Source of the DNA: Pseudomonadota bacterium | Lineage (GTDB): Bacteria > Campylobacterota > Campylobacteria > Campylobacterales > Sulfurimonadaceae | Assembly (NCBI GenBank): GCA_043797085.1 | Contig: JAZDQA010000011.1 | Location: 64,001 to 128,000, forward strand | Length of the DNA stretch: 64,000 nucleotides | Direction of reading: 5' to 3' | Shown: positions 57,895 to 64,000 of the stretch, piece after piece | Layout of the letters: each line of letters opens with the position of its first letter | Numbering within the stretch: position 1 is the first letter of the stretch | The notes under the pieces: model-generated | The model's input: the letters and a program-made list of their open reading frames with translations, nothing else | What the model was told of the DNA's origin: nothing | Databases searched by the model: none | Position numbers and translations under genes: made by a program

Positions 57895-59247
57895 TCAACT
57901 GGGTTCTCTTTCAGCTAATTTCTTCAAATATTTATTTTGCTCTTCTATCAATTTAATCAATTGATCTTGTTTTTGGCTCTCTGTAGATTTGTCATTTATG
58001 GCTTTTAAGAGTTGCACGTTATCGTTATCATTATCCACCTTCTCACTAGAAGAAATATGATAAGTTGCTGCTATGCTAAAAAGTCCCACTACTATACTAA
58101 TACCAATCCCCCACAACGCTATTTTTCTTGTGAAGCTATTAGCACCTTTATTTTCGGCAATTTCTGTATCTTTTTGTCCTATTTGTATTTCAACCTTTTC
58201 ATTCTGCTTCTTCAGCTCGATCAGTTGATCTTCGATCTTTTCATTTTGTGTTTTTAATTCATTGACAATAATTTCATTATTGCCCTGCTGATTTTGCATT
58301 AGCAAAATGATATTGTTTTGAATATCTGAATCAGAAGTCTGTATTTGCAATAGCTCTGAATTAACGGTAATGAGAGTGTCATTTTGTTCTTTTAGTATCT
58401 CAAGAATAGAAATGATTTGTGCATTTTGTGCAGGTAGTGGATTTTTTGGAATTTTAAGTGGTGTGTATTCCCTTTTAAGGATGCTGGGAATGGTTCGTGA
58501 TTGTTCCGCAATTTTATATTCCAAGCTATCGCTTGCAATAGACGTTCCAAGACCAGCTAATATTTTTGAAGAACCCAATAAATCTCTATTGTTCTCTATT
58601 GCTGCAGTTGCATATGCTAAACCTGACTTGTATGTTTTAAAATTTTCTAAATGTGACAATGTATTTTGAATACTTGGGCTATCAATTGTTTTGCGGAACT
58701 GTTCCATAGCTGATTGAACTGTTGCATATTCAGGCTTCAAATATTGTTTGTAATCAGCCGCCAATGCTTCAGCCAAGCCAAGCCCCTTATGCTCAATTGA
58801 CCCCAATAATGGCTTCGTAAATGCCTCATAGTCTTGTGCACTTTTAAATGCAGCAGCGATACTTGGGTTGTTAAGGGATTTTTCCAATTCAGAAATTTTT
58901 GATTGTAAAGATTCAGCGCTCCATGCAGAATCTACCAATCCACCTAAAAAGGTTTTTTTATCATCTTCTATTTGTTTAAAAGTTTCAAATATTGGATTTT
59001 TATAGGCTAATTCTATCTCTTCATACAATTGTTCTATAGCTGTTTTTTTGCTTTTTTCATGTGCTTGAAAATCTGCTGTAAGCTTCTCTATTGCTTGTTG
59101 AGCAGCTGATTTCTTATCCTCACCATTTGTGCTCAAGTCTAATTCTGGGGAAATACTTGGCAAGGGTGGTTTTTCATTTTCGTCTAATGGAAGCTTTGCT
59201 TTTGAAAAATCAATAGTCTTTAAATTCAATTTTGGCTTTTTCTCCAT
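57895..59247 (-). CDS. Hypothetical coiled-coil protein with a C-proximal TM helix
   Basis: 450-aa ORF; one TM segment IALWGIGISIVVGLFSIAA. Confidence 0.65.
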   Translation of the reverse strand: MEKKPKLNLKTIDFSKAKLPLDENEKPPLPSISPELDLSTNGEDKKSAAQQAIEKLTADFQAHEKSKKTAIEQLYEEIELAYKNPIFETFKQIEDDKKTFLGGLVDSAWSAESLQSKISELEKSLNNPSIAAAFKSAQDYEAFTKPLLGSIEHKGLGLAEALAADYKQYLKPEYATVQSAMEQFRKTIDSPSIQNTLSHLENFKTYKSGLAYATAAIENNRDLLGSSKILAGLGTSIASDSLEYKIAEQSRTIPSILKREYTPLKIPKNPLPAQNAQIISILEILKEQNDTLITVNSELLQIQTSDSDIQNNIILLMQNQQGNNEIIVNELKTQNEKIEDQLIELKKQNEKVEIQIGQKDTEIAENKGANSFTRKIALWGIGISIVVGLFSIAATYHISSSEKVDNDNDNVQLLKAINDKSTESQKQDQLIKLIEEQNKYLKKLAEREPS

Positions 59248-59296
59248 TAGTTTACCCTCACTTCCCCGCTCAACAACTTCTGCATAAGTCTTTTTT
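59248..59296 (-). pseudogene. Relic duplicate of the hsdS 3' end
   Basis: 37/40 identity between 59257-59296 and 60812-60851; reads LMQKLLSGEVRVN-stop. Confidence 0.8.
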
Positions 59297-59311
59297 GAAC
59301 GATTATATTCC

Positions 59312-60322
59312 TCATAATTTTGTTTTCCTCTTTGCAGCTACGATAAATTGATATATCAAAAAGCCAGCAAAGATTTTATGTAAAAACCATATCCCATATA
59401 TGTTGTCGAACTTTTCACCTGCTGTTCTACTTAAGGGATTAAAAAAATGCATAAAATCATTAAAATTGTACGTCAGTATAAGTCCTAAACAATACAAGCC
59501 CATATATAAAGCTATCGAAAGTGTAATCAGCCAAAATAATGGTAACGTCCAACTTTGACCGTAATTTGAGACTATACGATTGAAAGAAAATAAAAACTTA
59601 TCCTCTATATTTTCAAATAACTTCGTTTGCTTTAGCTCTTTACGATATTCGTTAAGTTCCAAACTGTAAAACAGTTGAGAATCAATAAAGTTTTTTTGAT
59701 TTTCAAGAACAACTTTGAGTTGTCTAAAAGTATCACGATTGGCTTGATATTTTTTACCCCAATGCACTTCGTTGAATTTAATGCCTTCAAATTGTGTATG
59801 CTTAAAGATTAATGTGGCTTTTTTAAAGTCAATATTAATCAACTTCGCCTTTTCTAAAATACAATTTTCAATATCAACAATAGCACTAAATGAACAATTT
59901 TTAAGATCAAATTTTTTACTATCGTGCCTTGAATCAAAACCTATGATCCTAAAGTTCGCATTAAAGACAGAATCATTGATTATGATTTTTTCACCACTTG
60001 CTAAAGATATATCAGCGTTAGCCATAAACTCACAATTATCAAAAGTTAAATTCTTTAGTTTTTGAAACTTGGATGAATCAAACTCACCCTGAAACTTACA
60101 ATTTATGAAGTTCAAACTATCCGCTATTTGAGTGTTGGAAGGGAAAAAATAATCAAATATAGACGCTTCAGTAATATCAGGAAATTCGATACATTTACAT
60201 GATAAAACATTAGAAGCCCTGCTTGGAAGATAGGTAGCATTGTTGTTTTTATATAGTTCTGCAAAATCAGACCAAAAAGCGTCTGAGGTTTCAGCTGAAA
60301 AATATTGATCACATTTGTTCAA
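59312..60322 (-). CDS. Pentapeptide-repeat-like protein with C-terminal membrane domain
   Basis: F.NC.F repeats, RDTFRQLK, SNYGQSW..P and TM helices. Confidence 0.65.
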   Translation of the reverse strand: MNKCDQYFSAETSDAFWSDFAELYKNNNATYLPSRASNVLSCKCIEFPDITEASIFDYFFPSNTQIADSLNFINCKFQGEFDSSKFQKLKNLTFDNCEFMANADISLASGEKIIINDSVFNANFRIIGFDSRHDSKKFDLKNCSFSAIVDIENCILEKAKLINIDFKKATLIFKHTQFEGIKFNEVHWGKKYQANRDTFRQLKVVLENQKNFIDSQLFYSLELNEYRKELKQTKLFENIEDKFLFSFNRIVSNYGQSWTLPLFWLITLSIALYMGLYCLGLILTYNFNDFMHFFNPLSRTAGEKFDNIYGIWFLHKIFAGFLIYQFIVAAKRKTKL

Positions 60323-60332
60323 TTGATCACCC

Positions 60333-60806
60333 TTACTTTTCTTCCAGTTTCATGATTTTCAATTTCTTTGTGCCATCTTTTGAATTAAAATCAAGCATTG
60401 CAGCAGCTTTCTTATTAATATAAAGTTGAATCTTTCCACCACATTCGGCAGGCGTTTTTGGATCAACAATATTAGAGATTAAAAGTTTAATTCTCGGTTG
60501 AAAATTACTTGCTGGATTGCGCAAGATGATACTTTCTCCATATTTAAACGTTAATTGGCAGTTTGAAAGCAATATTGCTTGATTGTCATAAGCCTCGCTG
60601 CTCACACCCACCATAACAGTCTGTCCATCTTCAATATTATCTTTGAGTTCATCCGAAAGGTTTTTCACATACGCATGCGTCTCTTCTACCTGAGTTATGA
60701 GTTGTTTTGTTTTTTCTGGAAAGCCAAAATACACCATTGCAATAGTTACCACGGCAGTAATTCCCTTAAGTATTTCCCACCAATTATTTTTTAAAAAATT
60801 AAGCAT
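60333..60806 (-). CDS. Hypothetical membrane-anchored protein
   Basis: N-terminal TM segment; overlaps the hsdS stop. Confidence 0.6.
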   Translation of the reverse strand: MLNFLKNNWWEILKGITAVVTIAMVYFGFPEKTKQLITQVEETHAYVKNLSDELKDNIEDGQTVMVGVSSEAYDNQAILLSNCQLTFKYGESIILRNPASNFQPRIKLLISNIVDPKTPAECGGKIQLYINKKAAAMLDFNSKDGTKKLKIMKLEEK

Positions 60807-62058
60807 TCACTCTCACTTCCCCGCTCAACAACTTCTGTATAAGCCCTTTTTTAAGGGTTTTAAATGCCTCTTTTTTAGCTCGTAGGGTTTCGAGTTTTTC
60901 GTCGGTGGTGGAGAGGATTTCGGCGATTTTTTGCTGTTCTTCAAGAGGAGGAAGAGGTACTTTGATAACTGAAAAATCAGATTTATTTAACAAAGGAACA
61001 GCCTGAGTACCTGCAAGATTTTTTATATACTCTTTTTTCATATCAAGCACATAATAATAAAAGTCTGGAGAATTTTCTTTTGTGCAAACAAGAGAGTTTA
61101 TTTGTTGATTGGTGCTCATTTCTTCATAAGCCATGCCGATTTTTCCAATTGTTGAACCGATACACGTCACCAAAATACTACGAGCAGGTAAAATTCTTGT
61201 TTGTTCAAACCCTAAATCAGTTAGTTTATTAGCCGTATTTTTGACTTCTTTTGATTTTCCCAAATCACTTGGAGAAGCCCAAAGTCTGGTGCCATTCGTG
61301 TAATACTCTTGATTTGAAGTTTTTGGAGTGCTACCTGTCACAATTTGCCCAATCTTCTTCAGTTCCACTACTTCCCACACCCTCGGAATCCGCCCAATCT
61401 CAGACTCTTTAAACTCACTATGCCCGATCCCCTCACTCAAAAGCCGCTGCATTAACCCCCGCTTGAGGGTTTGGGTCTCTTCGATCTTGGAGTCAATCGA
61501 ATCGATCTTTTGATCGACGGTACTGAGGATTTCGGCGATTTTTTGCTGTTCTGGGAGAGGGGGAAACGTAATTAAAAGCTTTCGTAAATTTTGAATCCCC
61601 AATGATATCCGTGTGGATCCTGACGTAAAATTTCTGAATTGATTTTTGGTATGCCCTGAATTCAAAAATTGAAACAAGAACTCATTTTTTATACTTTTGC
61701 TTTTTATTAATGCCATTGTCGGTGATAATGCAAATGGAAAATCGTAACGCTTAAACTTTATAACTTTACCTACGGTTGCAACTCTTCCAAATGCAATATC
61801 GTTTTCATTTATCGCAATATTGTTATTTTGCTCTAAAACGTCTTCAAGAGAAACTTTTCTACAGCTTGATAAATTAATCTCACCACTTTCACTAATATCA
61901 CCTATCCCCACAAATGGATAGCCATTACTATCTTCTTTAGGTGCTCTATGAGTTGGGTGTGGGTCAAGAATATCAGCTACATTTCCTAATTCGAGAAGCT
62001 CCCATTCTTCAGGAATCACCCCGATTTCGGTCTGTTTGTATCCTTCTCGAATACTCAT
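60799..62058 (-). CDS. hsdS: Type I RM specificity subunit
   Basis: Two TRDs with repeated PPL.EQQKIAEILST and IP..W conserved regions. Confidence 0.95.
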   Translation of the reverse strand: MSIREGYKQTEIGVIPEEWELLELGNVADILDPHPTHRAPKEDSNGYPFVGIGDISESGEINLSSCRKVSLEDVLEQNNNIAINENDIAFGRVATVGKVIKFKRYDFPFALSPTMALIKSKSIKNEFLFQFLNSGHTKNQFRNFTSGSTRISLGIQNLRKLLITFPPLPEQQKIAEILSTVDQKIDSIDSKIEETQTLKRGLMQRLLSEGIGHSEFKESEIGRIPRVWEVVELKKIGQIVTGSTPKTSNQEYYTNGTRLWASPSDLGKSKEVKNTANKLTDLGFEQTRILPARSILVTCIGSTIGKIGMAYEEMSTNQQINSLVCTKENSPDFYYYVLDMKKEYIKNLAGTQAVPLLNKSDFSVIKVPLPPLEEQQKIAEILSTTDEKLETLRAKKEAFKTLKKGLIQKLLSGEVRVNA

Positions 62059-63611
62059 AGAGCAAACCCTAACTCTCTAAGGTATTCGCCCAGCTTCTCG
62101 TCGATCTCCCGCTCTTTCTCCTCGATCTCACTGATTTTCCCAAGCGTCTCTTCTATGTCTATGATTACCTCTTCGGCACTCATATCGATATAACGGGCGA
62201 TATTGAGATTGTAATCATTATCAGCGATTTCGGACATATCAACCACTCTCATATACTGCTCGACTTCACACCCAGTGTCATAGGAGCTGACCACTTTTTC
62301 GATATTTTCAGGAGTGAGAGAGTTTTGATTTTTGCCGTCTTTATACTCTTTGGAAGCGTCGATAAAGATCACTTTATTCTTTAGAGCTTCGGATTTTGAT
62401 TTATTTATAAGGATAATGCTCGCAGGGATTCCCGTGTTATAAAATAGTTTTTCAGGCAACCCCACCACCGCTTCGATTAGATCGTCACGGAGCAGCCCTT
62501 CACGGATTTTCCCCTCTGTACCGCTACGAAAGAGGACACCGTGAGGCAGAACGATCCCCATTTTCCCATTGTGTTTGAGGACGCTGATCATGTGCTGTAA
62601 AAACGCCATATCGCCATAGCCACGAGGAGGAATACCATAGCGGAACCGTCCGTATTCGTCGCTCACTACGTCGTTGTATTTAGGAGCTATCGGCTGACCT
62701 TTTGCGTCGGTCTTTACATCCACTTCGGCAGCTTCCCACCAGTTGGAGAGACTAAAAGGGGGATTGGCGATAACACGGTCGAATGTTTCGAGTTCTCCAT
62801 TTACGGTATGTTTCGGAGAGCCTAATGTATCGCCTTTGCGAATATCGGAGTCTTTGAAGTTATGGACGATCATATTGATCTTACAAATCGCCCACGTCCC
62901 TAAGTTTTTCTCCTGACCTTTGAGGGTACAGTTGACATACTCACCGATCAGTCCGCCATGACTAGCTACATAATGCGCCGACTGGATCAGCATACCGCCC
63001 GATCCACACGTAGGATCGTAGATCGTGTTTCCCGCTTCGGGTTTGATCAGTTGAACGAGGAGCTGCACCACCTCTTTAGGGGTATAGAATTCTCCCCCTT
63101 TTTTACCAGCGTCGTCGGCGAATACACGGATTAGGTATTCATAGGCGTTTCCGAGAATATCGGGATTTTCGAGTGCGGAGTTGGCGAGAGAGTATTTGTT
63201 GAAATGCTGTAAAAGACGGGAGAGGAGTTTATCGGGAAGTTTTTCGCTATCGCCGAAATGTACTGCCGTCATTACCCCCTCTAATGAGCTGTTGTGTTCT
63301 TCGATTGCGCTAAACGCTTGATCTATCGCTTGACCGATATTTTCCGTCTTTTTGGTGATCTCTTTCCACCATGCGGCTTGGGGGATATAAAAGCGGTGGA
63401 AGTCTTCGTCTTCTATCGCTTCTTCGAGGGTGATTCCCTCTTTATGAGCGGCATTCTCCGCCTCTTCGAAAAACTGATCACTGGCACGTTTGAGAAAGAG
63501 GAGTCCGAAAATATAGTTTTTAAAATCTGAGCTGTCGATATGCCCGCGCAGTAAGTTCGCCGAATCCCAAAGCCACGATTCGAGCGTTGCTAAATCCAAT
63601 TTTTGAGCCAT
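62055..63611 (-). CDS. hsdM: Type I RM N6-adenine methyltransferase
   Basis: GEFYTP, DPTCGSGG, ANPPF, LPHGVLFR. Confidence 0.95.
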   Translation of the reverse strand: MAQKLDLATLESWLWDSANLLRGHIDSSDFKNYIFGLLFLKRASDQFFEEAENAAHKEGITLEEAIEDEDFHRFYIPQAAWWKEITKKTENIGQAIDQAFSAIEEHNSSLEGVMTAVHFGDSEKLPDKLLSRLLQHFNKYSLANSALENPDILGNAYEYLIRVFADDAGKKGGEFYTPKEVVQLLVQLIKPEAGNTIYDPTCGSGGMLIQSAHYVASHGGLIGEYVNCTLKGQEKNLGTWAICKINMIVHNFKDSDIRKGDTLGSPKHTVNGELETFDRVIANPPFSLSNWWEAAEVDVKTDAKGQPIAPKYNDVVSDEYGRFRYGIPPRGYGDMAFLQHMISVLKHNGKMGIVLPHGVLFRSGTEGKIREGLLRDDLIEAVVGLPEKLFYNTGIPASIILINKSKSEALKNKVIFIDASKEYKDGKNQNSLTPENIEKVVSSYDTGCEVEQYMRVVDMSEIADNDYNLNIARYIDMSAEEVIIDIEETLGKISEIEEKEREIDEKLGEYLRELGFAL

Positions 63612-63712
63612 AAAAATCCTAAATTATAAAGTCGTTCATTATAGGAGAAAACATTTAAATGAAAGTGGGTTGTCCTTGTTTTCTGTTGGTTTTTTATATC
63701 TTCCATTTCATT

Positions 63713-64000
63713 TTAATGCTCTAGCAACTTCTCTTTACGCTCTTTTTCGGCGATCACGATGGCATCAATAACTCCACTTGCTATCTCACTGCTCTTTAAA
63801 TAGTTCATGGTGAGATATTTTTTGATTGTATTTGGGTCATTGTGTCCCAGTGCCGCACTGAGATGCATACTCTCTAGCCCTTGTTCTGCCATTGCCGATA
63901 CCATCACGTTACGCAGGTAATGGATACCAAAATTAGTATCTTTTAATCGTGTTTTTAGGCGTCCAACAACTTTGTCAATGTTGATGATATGCCCACCCGT
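63713..64000 (-). CDS. int: Tyrosine integrase of element 2 (C-terminal part)
   Basis: Frame open to the window edge; HYLRNVMVSAMAE...ALGHND..TI.KYLTMNY closely resembles the prophage integrase. Confidence 0.88.
   Translation of the reverse strand, partial: TGGHIINIDKVVGRLKTRLKDTNFGIHYLRNVMVSAMAEQGLESMHLSAALGHNDPNTIKKYLTMNYLKSSEIASGVIDAIVIAEKERKEKLLEH

Larger units (their letters stand above)
39156..64000. mobile_element. Second integrative element (defence island), right end outside the window
   Basis: Begins after the tRNA 3' end; arm-like repeats, xis-like HTH, regulators, defence cargo and a related integrase at the far end. Confidence 0.8.

Noticed and set aside
60913..61552. hsdS internal repeats as a shufflon driven by the 42448-43038 recombinase
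   Set aside because: They are the normal direct conserved regions of HsdS; no inverted silent TRD copies were seen and the recombinase is ~18 kb away.

Overview
The window opens with the 3' part of a host rodA gene. A complete ~38.3 kb temperate prophage follows (attL core 781-790, attR core 39111-39120), with a lambda-like head and a P2-like contractile tail. It is integrated into the anticodon loop of a CAU-anticodon tRNA gene and splits it into two halves, while carrying its own intact copy of that tRNA just inside attL. The prophage encodes a complete diversity-generating retroelement (target-avd-TR-RT, 26394-29212). The same TR also matches a second, paralogous target about 21 kb away on the opposite strand in the early operon (5014-5838). 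ParA/ParB genes and candidate parS palindromes are also present. From ~39.2 kb to the window end lies a second element with a related integrase, truncated at the edge. It is a defence island: an SNF2 helicase plus a sacsin-like ATPase, and a type I RM locus with CBASS, an Abi-like HEPN gene and membrane proteins between hsdS and hsdR. All product calls come from motif recognition by eye; no database searches were run. The host may be Campylobacterota, but this is a weak inference.
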